Source: Eledone cirrhosa (lineage: Eukaryota). From it: a DNA stretch of 64,000 nt. A program made the position numbers and the translations under genes. The DNA is taken from the NCBI GenBank assembly GCA_964016885.1, contig OZ024741.1, forward strand, positions 346,518,001 to 346,582,000. The letters run 5' to 3'. The notes beneath the pieces are model-generated. The model saw nothing but the letters and a program-made list of their open reading frames with translations, searched no databases and was not told where the DNA came from. Below are positions 1-15,351 of this stretch, one piece after another. Every line of letters starts with the position of its first letter. Position 1 is the stretch's first letter.

Positions 1-329
1 TGTTGTCTCCTCCTTCTCCTTCTCCTTCGTCTTTCTCTTCCACATTTACTACAGCTCTATTATTAATACCTCTCCTCCTCCCGTCCTCCCCTCCCCCTCC
101 CCCTCCTCCTCCTCCTCCTCCTCCTTCTTCTTCTTCTTCTTCTTCTTCTTCTTCTTCTTCTTCTCCCTCTACTACTACCACTACTAATACTGCAACCTTA
201 GTCAACAACCAGTCAGACAATAGCATGGAACAAACCAACTTCTATTCCAAACCACCAAGGCGAAGAGAGAGAGAGAGAGAGAGTGAGAGAGAGATAAACA
301 AAAATGTTCTCATATACCCTCTTCTTATT

Positions 330-535
330 AATATACACCTTAATTTTATTTTGCACTTTAATATACACTTTAATATACACCTTAATTTTATTTTGCACTT
401 TAATCTGTAGCATGAAGAAGCCTAAACATCTATTGGCTGAAACCGGTACGATGAACTGGTTATTTAAATAAATGTTTTGCTGTTATTCTATGAGAAAATC
501 CCCATTAGCATTTTCTGCTGTTTTTCACATTTTCC
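330..535 (+). mobile_element. PLE-type 3' end fragment with degenerate hammerhead
   Basis: ATGAAGA-agcc...ggct-GAAA-ccgg-TA at ~412-448 (C3 lost), AATAAA at 467, then (TA)n. Confidence 0.4.
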
Positions 536-551
536 TAATATATATATATAT

Positions 552-750
552 AACGAAGGATGTGTGGTAAGGAACCAGATGAACCATAAAGCACCAGAGT
601 ACTCAATACTTAGGGTGGTAGAGTGGATAATAGGAACATGTTTAACCCCGACGGCAGAGCTCGAGCCATTTCGACGGCTATTTCTGTCCAGAAATGGCTG
701 TCGAAACGGCTTGAGCTCTGCAGCCTACAGCCGGGGTTAAACATTTTCCT
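552..750 (-). mobile_element. Fold-back mini-element (same family as 24353-24533; fragment at ~45005-45055)
   Basis: Inverted arms ~630-680/697-750, (TA)n on both sides, bulged hairpin at 601-624. Confidence 0.7.
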
Positions 751-903
751 ATATATATATATATGTAGAAGTTATATTTAATTTGTTGGGATACAACAAG
801 CAAATATTTTTATAACTGATATAAAGCACTCAACAAATTATTGGAGTAAATATACAATATATTAACAAATGGAAACTATATTTATAAAACCATATTTATT
901 TCA

Positions 904-960
904 TTATACATATTTCAAGGACAGCAAAGCAAATCATGGTGCGCTTTCATCAGATAAAAT
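904..960 (-). ncRNA. Minimal type I hammerhead ribozyme
   Basis: Reverse complement reads attttat-CTGATGA-stem II-GAAA-tatgta-TA-atga. Confidence 0.7.
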
Positions 961-1659
961 ATAATATAGATCAGTTTTATAAACAAATATTGACATACCC
1001 TTAAAGAATGCGACCATGTCGGTTGGAAGCTCACGGATAGTGGGGTTACTCATTTTATTATTGGTCTATTATGCAAATTAGTGTCGGAGAAGTTTAAATC
1101 CCGTACATTTAAATTAAGCCATTGGAATAGGGGGAAAAAAAAAGAAGGAACAATCTTTTCAGTTGCTGCAAACATAGATTAAATTCAACGTTTAAATATA
1201 AATTTAAAATGTAATATATAACTCATCTTATTAAACCTATCGATAAATCATTAGATTCCTTCATATGACTGCCAAAAACTCTCTTAAATGAAGAACATTT
1301 TTTTCCTTAAAAATGTTTTACTCGAAAATTCTTGTAGATAAACATACTGATATTTTTAAAAAAATGGGTATAAAAAAAATAAAAAATATTAAGATAAACA
1401 TACTGAAAGTTTATAAAAAAAGATTTTTTGTTAATTCCTCTGATGGATATAAAAAATTATAATTCATATCTTATACTGTGTTTTTTCGATATATTCTTAT
1501 ATATATTTTAAAAATTATATTGCGTAAAAATTACATTGCTTAAAAATATAATTCCTTTTAAAATTATATAATTATATTTTTTTAAAATTGTAATTCCTTT
1601 TAAAATTTTATTCCTTTTTAAAATTATAACTCATATTTTATTTTATATTATGTATTTTG

Positions 1660-1732
<73 letters not shown>

Positions 1733-1750
1733 ATGTATGTGTGTATATGT

Positions 1751-1802
<52 letters not shown>

Positions 1803-2530
1803 ATGCGTATGTATGCATGTATGTATGTCTGTGTATATGTGTGTGTGTGTATATATCGAAATGTATAATTTTGAATACATTCTATGAATGAACTCATATA
1901 AAAGGTTTTTTACGGTTTATGCTTTAGATATATGAAAAACTTTAACATTAAGAGGTTATAGTAAACAAACTTATATTTTAACAGTCACAACTGTATAACA
2001 GGTGGATTTATAAAATATATAAAATTTATAAAATTATAACTTACTATAAAATAATATAAGATTCTCTTATAATCTATAATCTTAACTTTTTTTATCATCT
2101 TAACCTTTATAACATTTAATCTTTAGAGCTATCTAAATTACAAATAAATCAATTAATTTCCCTCACGCTGTATTGCTATTACTAAGAAGAGATTTTTTTT
2201 CGGTAAAATCTCTGAACATTCCTATATTTTAAACATATATTTTAAACATATATTTTAAACATAAAAATGTTTTATTTTTTATTATTTCTTATAATGTTTA
2301 TTATTAATTAATTGAAAAATTAATAATTAATTGTTGGTTGATGATTAATAATAAATTTATATAAGGTTATGTAATAATAACATATATTTTAATAATATTT
2401 TTTGATAGTATATATATATGTGTATATATATATTCTTTTAATAATATATAGATCTCAATTATTAATTTATAGATCTCAATAATTTAATTGATAAATTAAA
2501 CATTAGATAACATTCTCAGGTTATTACTAT

Positions 2531-2561
<31 letters not shown>

Positions 2562-2913
2562 TCCACGCTTTATTTACTCCGCGTAATTCATCCACTATAT
2601 ATTTATCTTTTCGCTTCATAATCTCATAAAATTACGTTAATACAACACTCTCTCACTTAGGGTTTTCTCTCTTTCTCTTTCTTTTATTTTTCTTTTGTTT
2701 TCCTTCTTTGGGTTTGCTCTTTCTTTCTTTTTCTTTTTCTTTTTCTCTTTTGTTTTCCCTATTCCAACGGCTTAATTTAAATGTACGGGACACTAATTTG
2801 CATAATAGACCAATAATAAAATTAGTAACCCCATTATCCGGGAGCTTCCAACCGACATGGTCGCATTCTTTAAGGGTATGTCAATATTTGTTTATAAAAC
2901 TGATCTATATTAT

Positions 2914-2975
2914 ATTTTATCTGACGAAAGCGCACCATAATTTGCTTTGGTGTCCTTGAAATATGTATAATGAAA
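2914..2975 (+). ncRNA. Minimal type I hammerhead ribozyme
   Basis: attttat-CTGACGA-aagcgcacca/tggtgtcctt-GAAA-tatgta-TA-atgaaat; stem I pairs. Confidence 0.75.
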
Positions 2976-3006
2976 TAAATATCGTTTTTTTAATAATAGT
3001 TTCCAT

Positions 3007-3184
<178 letters not shown>

Positions 3185-3253
3185 ATGTATGTAAGTATAT
3201 ATATATATATATGTTTGTATGTATATATGTGTGTGTGTGTTTGTGTGTGTGTG

Positions 3254-3289
<36 letters not shown>

Positions 3290-3620
3290 AATATAAGTAT
3301 GTATACGTACATACATATATGTATACAGACGTACAGTAGTATGTATATATATATACATACATGGACACATATATATATGTACGTGTGGGTTTACCGAACA
3401 TTCATTATAATGTTCGGTTTGTTTGTAAACAAACATTAGGCTGCTCAGCCGTTAATATGCATAAGGAAATATATACTTTCAAACGTTCAATCATCTGACA
3501 GGAAGGTATACGGTGCTGACGATAGCTAATAAGCTTGAAACTAGTTCATCGTTCCTTTGTCAGTGTTGAACAAAAGAGCAGCGATGGTTGCCGAACACTG
3601 TACGGCTTAATTCGGGGTGT
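3290..3620. mobile_element. Microsatellite-containing HHR mini-element family (other copies ~16975-17335, 24775-24995, 61990-62595)
   Basis: Shared gtatacagacgtacagtag...gtttgtaaacaaac segment in four loci, several with internal inversions. Confidence 0.7.
3511..3551 (+). ncRNA. Minimal type I hammerhead ribozyme
   Basis: cggtg-CTGACGA-tagctaataagctt-GAAA-ctag-TT-catcg; palindromic stem III. Confidence 0.8.
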
Positions 3621-3965
3621 TTGTTTCTTTCCTACGCCATTTTGTTTCTGTACAAAATGGCGTAGGACAGAACAAAGGAGAGTTACAGAAACAAAGAAAG
3701 GAATACCCAGTCACTGAAGAGGTCACAGAGTGTGTGACGAAAGAACTATGACTATATATAAACAACTATCTGGTTGTGGAACCAACCAACCAACCAGAAA
3801 TTTATAAATTTATAAATTTATTATAAATTTATTATAATAAATTGAAGTGAAAGCAACTGGTGCGTGTGTTTCTTATTGGCAACATGACCCTCCCAAAGTA
3901 TAACAATATCGGTTTCAACACACGATTTCAGATAAAGAATCTTGCTAAACAAATTCAGAAACGAA
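3620..3965 (+). mobile_element. PLE 3' pLTR fragment (family of 53373-54382) with HHR at 3709-3753
   Basis: agtca-CTGAAGA-ggtcaca/tgtgac-GAAA-gaac-TA-tgact; tail reads [26 protein letters not shown]; small 5' fold-back at 3630-3667. Confidence 0.8.
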
Positions 3966-3996
<31 letters not shown>

Positions 3997-5234
3997 CACG
4001 TATCTATATCTCTGTGTGTTAATGTGACAGCCATTATGATGAATAACATATACAGGAAAATAATATTGTAGATTGTTTGAATGATGTTTTCTAGAATCGC
4101 TTTCAAGTGCGTTTGTGAACGTTGTTGTTACATCTGCTGCGTTGTGAATGTTCAATAAACGCCTTTGGGTTTTTAAAGTTACAAACCCTGTCAGTAGAAT
4201 TGTACATTTACTTTCAAAGAGATATATATTTAAAAAATAGAACATAATGTTTCATAATACTGTTTTTAATGTATACAAACACCTATATATATGTGTATAT
4301 ATATATATGTATATATATATATATAAAATAAATGTATGAATATAAGTATATATTTGTTCATATATATATATATATTTATATGTGTATATATATATGTATA
4401 TACGCATCTTCAAATATATATTCATGTCAGCCTCCGCAACACCGCTTTAGTTGTGTTTAGATGTATATTTTAATTTTTTCATCCTTACTTTTATCTGCAA
4501 CTCCTCGAAGTAATTCTGTCCTCTTGAAACAAGGTGTACACAAACGCAGGCAAACATACAAACACACACACACACACGCGCGCGCGCGCGTACACACATA
4601 TATACGACAGAACAAAAGATTAAGTCTATATCCACTCCTAACTTTCTTCAGTTTCAAATACTGACCGTTCGACACAGGTGAACCCCATCTATTACCTCCA
4701 TCCCCACATACATTAAATTTGCCATCTGGTCCATTAGTATGAATGGAAAGAACATTTTCTATTTGTCCATGTGAATTCAATTAAATAGTGACCTGTCCAA
4801 TTTCACTTCACCACCACACCTTCGTAAAGTTTATTTATATAAGCAGGAACAGTGAACTCACATACATTCGAACTGCTCACAGAATACACGAAAACACATT
4901 ATTTTGAATATTCAATATTTTATATCTAATATCTGATAAGATTGTAATAACAATCGCAACCGGTTATATTTAATCCAACATTTATAAAATAATTCATTCT
5001 GTCGGATTACAGAAAAAAAAAAAAAAAAAATATTTCTGTGCATTTTCGCCTTCTCTTATTAACAGTAATCTATGTTTTGTGTACACACACACGCACATAC
5101 GCGCACGCACATACACGCACACACACACACACGAACACACATATATATATGGTCCGTAACTTTTGATAGAGTACAGCAAATTTCTTCCAGACAAAGATCG
5201 AGAGAAAACGAAAAGGAGATATAGAAGAAGAATC

Positions 5235-5523
<289 letters not shown>

Positions 5524-5660
5524 GTGCGTGTGTGTGTGTGTGTGCGTGTGTGTGTGTGTGTGTGTATGTGTGTGTGTGTGTGTGTAGCATAAATATAATT
5601 TTATACTTAATATATATATACGCAATATTAGGTTTCGTGGTTCAGTCATGGACATCATTG

Positions 5661-6123
5661 TATAGTGGAGGAACCTTTTCAAAACTCAGCGGGCTCTCGG
5701 ACAGATTTATGTAAAAAAAATCCCTTTACAATATCACATTGCATCCTAACGGACACATACAATCTACAATAAAAAATAAGCAACTTCAGATTTTAGTTAA
5801 TCGGAACATATTAGAAGAGATCTAAATATTACTAATAATATATTAGACGCCAGATTACAAACAAACAGTTATACCCTAAAAGTTGGCTCTCTTGATCCCC
5901 CGAAGTAAACATTCTACGTTTTCTGTTAGTCAAAGGTAAGTTTATTAGATTAGCTCATAAATTAAGCTGAGAGACTAACGACATAGGAATGGACCCCTTG
6001 TTCCCGAAAAGTGTTCCTCCACTGTTTAAAACCAAATATAGTCGGCTTGGTTAAAGAGAGTCCTTCGTAAATTCGTCTGAGCGTCCGTTGAGAGGCTAGT
6101 TTTGAAGAGGTTCTTCCACTATA
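5661..6123. mobile_element. Tc1/mariner-type MITE
   Basis: Imperfect TIRs tatagtggaggaaccttttcaaaact / agttttgaagaggttcttccactata with TA ends. Confidence 0.6.
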
Positions 6124-6810
6124 CATCGATGGCCATAAATGGACCCCAATACCTAGCGACGTGCATACATGTTAAGTCTCTGAAACATTATCTATGCTAA
6201 ATATGCCCTCTTGCAAGAGATTGAGCATTGCTTTCCTTGAGCTTTTATCCACGGACATCCTCTGTGTGTGTGTGTGCTTGTGTAGATGTTTGTATGTATC
6301 AGTGTAATGAAGTGATTCTATATAACATTTAAGTACCATTGTAGATAATATAGGCACTAGTTTCTTGATTCTTATTTATCTATCACAACATTTTAGTATT
6401 GATAATTTATTTATTTAATTAATTAATGTAAACGATGATTTACAGCTAGTGAGGTATGACAGATTAGTGGTTGTATTTTATACTCCTTGCAGAGCGATAA
6501 AAGAGGAAGGTCAACGGGAACCAAAAAGGCATTAATAAGGTTTTTTAAAATGTGTCAAACAAGAACAGATATAGAATAAATAAATGCTTCAATAGTTCAA
6601 TTTTTTCATAGCCTGAACGCTCTGAAAGGTCTTGTTTATAGGTAGAATTTAGGCAATATTAAATATCTCCAACTTAAACGTCCGTACATAGCTAGTGACC
6701 CATGACGGACTAAAGCAGGTATCTAGTACCCCTTGCAGATAAGAAAGAAAAAAACCCAGATATACAGAGATATATAAAAATGGGAAAACCAACAGGAAGC
6801 ATAAACATAA

Positions 6811-6988
6811 ACAGTGATATTCCGTTATAACGAAATTCACGGGGTATGACAAAATTCGTTGTAACGAAAAATTCTTTATAAAGAGATTGACCAAAATACA
6901 TCGAGCTTGTGGCCGGGGATTGAAAATAATTTCTTTATACTGAAAAGTTGGTTATAATGGTATTTGTTGTAACGGAGTTACACCTGTA
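6811..6988. mobile_element. Tigger/pogo-like MITE
   Basis: cagtgatattccgttataacgaa ... ttgttgtaacggagttacacctg-ta, with internal gttataacga-like subrepeats. Confidence 0.55.
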
Positions 6989-7994
6989 TAGAGAAATTGC
7001 AAAACAAGGTAAAGGTAAAGCAGCTAAAGATTTTTATAGTTAAATGTAATTGTATAATTGGTTGATCTATGACAATATATTATATGTCTAATCATCTTCC
7101 ACATATCCTCCCTCTTAGACTGACAATTTTTGCATTGAAAAGTTTCTGGGTAATGTCCACAAGAAGATATAGGTAATATTTTAAGATATGTTCGCGATGA
7201 AATATAGTAAATAGTTTATGTAACATTTACTAACTCATTTACAATAATATTTTCTATCGCAACTACCTTGAATATTCTCGCCATGCTTGCATTTTTCTGA
7301 GCGTATTTCCAAGCATGTAAGTTTGTTACCCTGCATGTTCGCGTCTGTGTATACAATCATATATTTTTATTCACGTATCTGAGTTTCAGCTATGAATAAC
7401 ATTCAGATTTTTCTGTGAACGTGTTCTTGTGTGTGTGTATACGACTGTGTTTATGTATGTCTGGTTTTGTGGGTGTTTTTGTGAGGGGAGGTGTGCTATT
7501 TGCCATGTTGGCAAATAACATTTTTGTAATACTTATTATTCCCACAGACAAACAAACCTTTTCTCTATCTCTCTCATCACACACACTTACACACACAAAC
7601 ACACATACCTACATACATACAAGAAGGCTGCCACCTGGTTATCGAGTATGGCCATTGCATGATATAACATTATTAATAATTATAAATTAATGATATCGTG
7701 CAATGCCTGTGCGTGAAGATTCTTTTTAAAGTGAGGAAAGACTGCACTGAGCCAATCCCCCTCTCTGAGCGACAGTAACTAGAACCTGAAAAAAAGAAAA
7801 GATCAACATCATCGGTAACTACTGAGCCGCAGGTTTTATGTCAGAGTTATCCCAGTTTTCTGAGTTGCATTCTAGAAGAATGCCCTGAAAAAGGCTAAGG
7901 GTCCTTCACTCCCAGTGGTTTAACCGCGCGATCGGGTATCCAGCCTGATTATTTCTATGTCCCCGCGCATATACATACACATGCACACATGCAT

Positions 7995-8082
<88 letters not shown>

Positions 8083-10034
8083 GCATTCACGCACATACAT
8101 ATTTACACATTTTTGGATGGCGGTTGGCGCTTATGAGTTCTTCCGCCCTTTGTCAGATTTTGTGTTTTGTCCTGCAGGGTGTCCAAAATCATATACGTAC
8201 ATACATACATACATAATTACTTACATGTATATACATGTGATTTTGTAATTATTCAAAAATTATAGCAAGATCAATACTGATGGAAGCGTTAAGATATGCA
8301 TCAGTTAATATGAAGAATGAATTAACATTTCTAATATCATTGTGGTTTAAACACCGACAGTAGGCAATTCTTTGTAGGTTCTATTTAGGTAAAATCATAA
8401 TCTGTTTCGTAATTTTTTATCGGACGCGTGCCCTATATTCAGGGCTACGTGTGCATGCCCTTTATTCAGGGCTACGAATCTCTTAAGACGTTACTCAGAC
8501 CACTGTTTGGCCCGAATAATTCCAAATGATTGGATATCACTCTAGAAATCTCGGAGTCAAGTTGCTGTGTTTATTCTAATCGACGTTATTTCATAATCAT
8601 CAAATATTATGAGATCCTATCGACGGGCTTCCACAAAGCTTTCGTCTAAGAAGTTGAATGCACAAAAACTGATCATTCTAATATAGAGTAGACGATATTT
8701 AACAAATATTCCGATATAAGATTCCCAGTAGTAGCTAATTCTGGAGGGGTAAACGTTTAACCACACATTTGTGTATCGAGAAGGGTATATTATATCAAGG
8801 TGTCACAAATTCACAAAGCACGACAGAACCATGTGTTGTTTATGATTGAAATGTATTTGAGCGCTGAATAATGCCTGACCTGGGATTCAACAATAACAAA
8901 ACAACGACAATAAGACTACATCGACATTTTAAGATGGGAAACCATATTGGGAATTCCAGACAAAGTATGGCAATCGAAATATATGTCTTGAAATATGAAT
9001 TTCCAGTTCAAAAGAATCTCAAATGTTGCAGTTGATTTAATTTGTTTATAGATTTTTAACTGAAACATTCCATTTAAGAACACATAGAAACTGGGATATA
9101 CGTTGTTCGGAATAAACCAAAACAATAACTGACTATAAAATATTGGTTCTTTTAGATGGCTAAAATGAAATTTGGAGGTAGTAATTGCTTCTCCAATTTC
9201 GATATATATTCATAGCGATGTTATTTTCAGGGCTGTTTTTGCCTGAATATCTGATATTAAGGTAGAACGTACCTTACACGAATACGTTTCCGAGTAATAT
9301 GTTTTCACAGTTTTGCATTCATTAGCTGTTATGTTAGTAACCTTTATTAAAGTTTAATTGCTAAATGTAAATACACATATGCCCACAAAAAAAGCACGCA
9401 TTTACAAATGTAGTCAAATCTTTCTAAAATCCGACCCTTTCTTTTTAAAATATACGATACATTAAATATTGTAGTCTTCGAAAAACAAAAACAACAATCA
9501 CTGCCTAATCACAGCTGATTTATGAATAACAAAAAACAAGAAATATTAACCTTTGTTAACATGAATATAAATTCATATATGGGACATCCATTATATGAAG
9601 TCATGTTTATAAATGACAATATCGTCTCAATTTGCTACTTCAACCATATTCACATATTATATACTCTATCTCTCTTTCCCTTTCTCTCTCCCTCCCTATT
9701 TTTCTCTATCTCTTTACCTGTCTATCTCCCATATATTTTATTCCGATGTATAAATCTCAAGATTCTTGAACCGGTTGCAGTGACGCTACACTTTGGAATC
9801 TGTGCATCACTTTCAATTAAATATAACTGAAAAAAAGAAGACCTCAAGGGTGAAACACGCATTATTAACTTTTATCTTGTTATTTATTATATCTAATTTA
9901 GTGTATATCCTATGGCAGTAAGTCACAATCTCTTATAAATATATCTGTTTGTCTGTGAATATAAGTCTATCAATAACTCGCTCTCAATCTCTCTCTCTCA
10001 TTCTCTCTCTATCTCTATCCCTATCTCTCTACCT

Positions 10035-10138
<104 letters not shown>

Positions 10139-10659
10139 ATCTATATATATTGATGTCTTTCTCTTTCACTCTCTCTATATATATTTCTCAACATGCAGAG
10201 ATAAATACACAGATATCACACATACACCACCATGAGTGTGTATGTGTGTGTTTGTGGTTGGGTGGTGATGTAGTCCCCATTAGTACTGTTAACTTAATAA
10301 ACAACCGTGAGGAAGAGATTAAATACACAGTGTGTGGGAAAATCTATTTAATCTACACTGGCATATATATAAAGAATGGCAAAATGGCACCAGTTTCAGG
10401 CAATATTGCTAAAGGCTATTGGGAAAGTGGATGTTTACATATAATTCGAATTTATGTCTTCCTATTCATATAATTTACTTATTTAATATGCAATAAGCAT
10501 TGATGTTAAATTTACGATTATTGATTCATAGGTCTATCATATGAATGGATATTTCTCTGAATGTATATATATATATAGTCATATGCATACAAACCCAAAT
10601 ACACGCTTACGCACACACATACACACTCATATATATATATATATATATATATATACAAA

Positions 10660-10736
<77 letters not shown>

Positions 10737-11229
10737 CTTGGAAGAGCTGTTCTGCGAAGAAACAGGTCGCAGGAAGCGGAGGGCTAAATAGCTACCGAAA
10801 ATAATGGATAGTTACAATATAAGCGTTCACCTGCTGGATGAATAAGCAACTGTCCATCAAAAGTGTTAAACAACTAGGGCTAATAGAGCTATGGATGACA
10901 CTGCTAGCTCCCAAGCAAACTCATACAACCCAGAGATGTAGTTAGGATAATACGAGTATAGGTGGGATCTAAACAAAATCTGGTTTTCGCATGTCTGAGA
11001 GAAAGATACCAATCGGTTATTGATGTGATTGTGAACAGAAAACCAATGCAATATGAGTGACGTAAGAAAGGTAGTCATACCGCATTTTCCTTCACGCGGG
11101 ATAACAAGGGACGCGTTCAGTACTTAGGTAGAGGGGCCTCTTCTAAAATTATATTGCAGTCTCCACCCGAAGGTGAAAAAACTGTGAATGAGCCAGCGAC
11201 CAATCATTGGAAGTGTGGGGGTTGAAACA

Positions 11230-12250
11230 CATCTTGAGACACCAGAGGAAAGAAACATTAACAATTAGTAATTGGAACGGTACAATCCGTACAGGCAATG
11301 AGCAGGAAATCGTGGAGGAGGCCGGATGTTACCGACTAGATATAGTCGGGATTTCCTCAACAAAGTTCCATAACTCTGATCTGCAGATTTGCATGGAGGA
11401 TGGAAACTCCCCTATTCAAATGTGTCGCCAGAAAACATTTCACGGGTTCGAGTGGGGGTACTCACAAATCACCGGCTGTCAAAATGTTTTATGAACTGGA
11501 TCCCATTGGGGTGGGTGATTTTCCTCTTGAAGCTTAGGCTGAAAGAAAGGTGTCTGTGGGGGCTGCAATGATATGCGACAAATAGAGAGCCCGCATACGG
11601 ATCCGTTTTTGCTGAATTCTCCGCAGCGTTATATGTAGAGTCATATATCCTATTGTGAGACTTCAATGCAAATTGTGACTCTCACCAACTGACATGGAAC
11701 GGAGTGATTGGAAGAGAGGGCGACCTCAATCAACATACGAATAGAGAGTCATTATTAGACATCTGCCCTCGTTAAGGACTCTCTATTATTTATACCTTCT
11801 TCCAGTACAATGAAATCCATTGATACAAATGGTATAAGAGGATTCCTGGACGGAGATCAGTAGTTTATTTTTTTATCTCTTCGATTTTGTACTGGATTTT
11901 CGTGATAAGAGAGTGGCTGAGAATCAACTGATAACCATCTAGAGAGCCAACAGAACTTGCTGGTTCAACTCGACATATAGGATAAGCACTGGCAGTTAAG
12001 GAAGTCAGAAACAGGTTTGCAGATACAATTGCATATGAAATTACACCACTTAAAAAACACCCGAATCCGCAGACCTATGGGTGCTCATGGAAAAAGCCCA
12101 CTTGATCAACCGTGTAACATCGGATACGTAATATGCGAGGCTGATGTCCGATCATCAAATAAACATCAACAGAAAGAGACCTGGAAAAAGGTGAGCATGT
12201 CAGAAAATCGATTTTAAAAACCGTTACCTAAATCACGAAAAAGCTTTTTA
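11230..12250 (+). pseudogene. Decayed RTE-clade LINE, APE endonuclease region
   Basis: TISNWNG...EQEIVEEAGCYRLDIVGISSTK and GGWKLPYSNV...RVGVLT...LKLRLK match the RTE APE N-terminus; many stops and frameshifts. Confidence 0.7.
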
Positions 12251-13474
12251 GCACTCGAACAAGAGAACTATCACTAAGATGGGAAGCTAGGTATGGAAAC
12301 TCAAGGATAGGGCTACAAATATCAGATAACGTTGGAAATACTAACAAAATCTAGACCCTATATAAATGGATAAAACATCTGGAATTTAAACAATGATGAG
12401 ATGTGGTTTATCCTAAAAAATCTTTCCACCAACAAGAGAACCCTAAACATAGATAGTTTTAATCGCTGTCATGCATCGGAGAATCATTTGAAGTGATGGC
12501 CTATTGGAATTTTATAATTTCTTTAATTTCTATAATTATTAATTTTTTCTTTATCATGTATCATAGTGTTACCCCTTTCTGACTGTTACCTCCGCCCCTC
12601 TATACGAGAAAATAATTTCTCTGGAATTTTATTTTTCAGTAAATTACTTCCACCTTAAACTCAGAATCCTTCTAAGTTTACTCCTACAGGAAGTTATCCT
12701 ATAACTGATACACTGCAGTTTGAATAAATTGAGTTTGCTCAACGTAACGCATTTGTCTGCGTTTCACCTTGTTATGCTTTCGCTGCACTATCGAATATAT
12801 GCATACACAATTGGGTTAAATTCACATCTATCTACATATGTTTAATACGCGCGATTGTTGCGGAATTATTTCATGTAAGGTATGTTAACGGAAAATGAGA
12901 TCTACTAGAAAATTCTTATGGAAGGGGAGTGCCTGTTATATAAGGGAGTATAACTCTTATTTAAGCTTCTGTAAATTAGGAAGAATAAATTGATGATTAG
13001 TGATGCTTTGTCTGGAATGATCTTATCTCCATTCCTGATTGTAAAATTTTCGCTTCGAATCTTTTTCTAACACACTAAATAAGAAAAGAAAGCAGATGTT
13101 CTATGAGGTTCTAAATATAATAACATCATATTGCCAATAAAATCATACACACGAGTGAATTTTAATTCAATTTTGTAACTACATATTCCATTCTCGGTTA
13201 AACTCATGACCGCATGGAAAATTAGTTGTCATATGTAATTTTCAATTAAAATGTCAAAATTGAAATAAATTTCATCCGGAACTTGCCCCTTATTGGCAAC
13301 ATCACCTTCCCAATTATAACAATAAGTTTTTTAACACACGATTGCGCATCAAGAATCTTGCAAAGCAAATACATTCAATCTACACAGAGACACACAGAGA
13401 CACGCACACAGATATACGTACAGACATACACACTCATATACATGCAAATCCATTGATTTATACACACACACACC

Positions 13475-13569
<95 letters not shown>

Positions 13570-13572
<3 letters not shown>

Positions 13573-14028
13573 GGTTTGTTGGTTCACCACTGGATGGATT
13601 TGTTCATTCCGTATGGTTAATCTTGGTGTAATATTGTAGAGAGTACTCAACGTAGTGCAGTTCACCCGTCTCCGTTTGTGTTTTTGGTGGTGCGAATACG
13701 GAGTTAATTATAAATAAAAATAACAGGAGGCTGGACAAGTGTAAATCCTTGAAAGGTTTATTATACAATGATCATTTCAATGACCGGGTTCCATATGAAT
13801 CCGGTGATATCATCAGGTATTTGAAATATAACAAAGGAATATGTATATGTAAAAACCATGGGTCGGAAAAATCAGAGACAGAGAGGACGACTGACCAACT
13901 AGCTGTCTTCACCTCGGCCAGTCGCCGTCAAATTGATGGCAACTCGATCTGCTAATGACCATCTGGTGAGAGGGCGAAGGCTTATAATGTACTACCACTC
14001 TCCGTCAAAGAATAAAAAATAAAAAAGA

Positions 14029-14086
<58 letters not shown>

Positions 14087-15335
14087 GAGAATAAGAAAAA
14101 AAGAAAAAAAGAGAAAGAAGTCAGCGTAAGGGTTATGCTACAGTCAAGCTAGAAAACGCCGCGAAAAACGTTATTATAAAGAATCTATATTTTAACAAAG
14201 GCATTTATGATGGGTGTCTGTATGGTCTAATGTGTGAACAGAAATTTGGAACGTTAAACTTATGTTACGAGTTATAGGATGAAATTAAATAAAATAATTG
14301 AAGATTGGAAAATAAATAAAAAAATTATTTAATGAATTTACAGAGGGAGTCTTATATGAAAAAGTTAATCTCGATAAGATATCAGGGTGAGATAAAGATT
14401 AAAGCCTTCGAATGTGAAACCCAGCCAGCACCTCCTAACCACGTGTCAGCCAGTTTCGAGTGGTATCGTCCAGCGAAAGAAATGGAAATTAATTTTTCCG
14501 AGTACTCTAGGAACGTAGCTACACTAGGCCCCGGGTGTGCTAGCGGGAAGTCGACAATTTCGACAGGCCATCGTCAATACCAAACGAATACTATTAATTC
14601 ACACATGAGGGGCTTATTTACGTGTCAGTAGAGGCATGATACAGCTAACATATGCCTAAGCCTAGAGTTTATAGGTCTAAGAATAATATGGCGGTCAAAA
14701 AGGCGGCGCGGTGGGCCCAGGGCAAAGCAAGCCGCACCAAGTAATTTCGTTTACCGAAAGAGGGGAAATTTATTTTTCCAAGCACTCAAGGAAGGCAGAA
14801 CTTTCTGAGCGCCCATCGCGCAGCCGGGAAAAGCCACCACATCCATCGCAGGTAGCAAAACTCAATAAAGAGTGCAAATAGACTATAATTATTTAAAGTC
14901 CCAGTTAGTCCGGTTTATAAGTAGTGTGGTTCTTTGGTGGGCAGGGGGCTATGAGCTGAGTAAGGAAAGTTACAAATAAATAAAAATAGGATACAAAGAT
15001 AAAATACAAAGATAAAGAATACATTGATAACATTAAAAATAAAACGTCTTCATAGCTCGGGTAGTGATGTAGTAAGACGGCAGTATATAAGAACATATCG
15101 GAGGAATTAGAGCAAAGGGGAAATACAATATAGATCAAGTTGTAGTAAGATAATACAGGTTCTACATATAGATATAGAGGATGGAAGAGATGGAATTGTA
15201 ACAGGTGGTACCTAGTGTAAAGTGCGGGTCTCCGAATTCAGTGTGAGTCACAAAAAAAGTCCTGAGGTATAGAGTAGAGAATTCAGTCAATACAATACAT
15301 GTTTTAGTATAATATGTAGAATTTTGTCGGAATCC
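13570..15335 (-). mobile_element. PLE-type long 3' region ending in HHR and tail
   Basis: HHR at 13763-13820 followed by AATAAA, bulged hairpin at 13645-13704, (TA)n flanks. The upstream boundary is uncertain. Confidence 0.5.
13763..13820 (-). ncRNA. Minimal type I hammerhead ribozyme
   Basis: atac-CTGATGA-tatcaccgg...ccggtcatt-GAAA-tgatca-TT-gtat. Confidence 0.75.
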
Positions 15336-15351
15336 GAATATATATATATAT

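Noticed and set aside
3-410. Pro/Ser-rich ORF
   Set aside because: Built from (CCT)n/(TCT)n/(ACT)n/(GA)n repeats.
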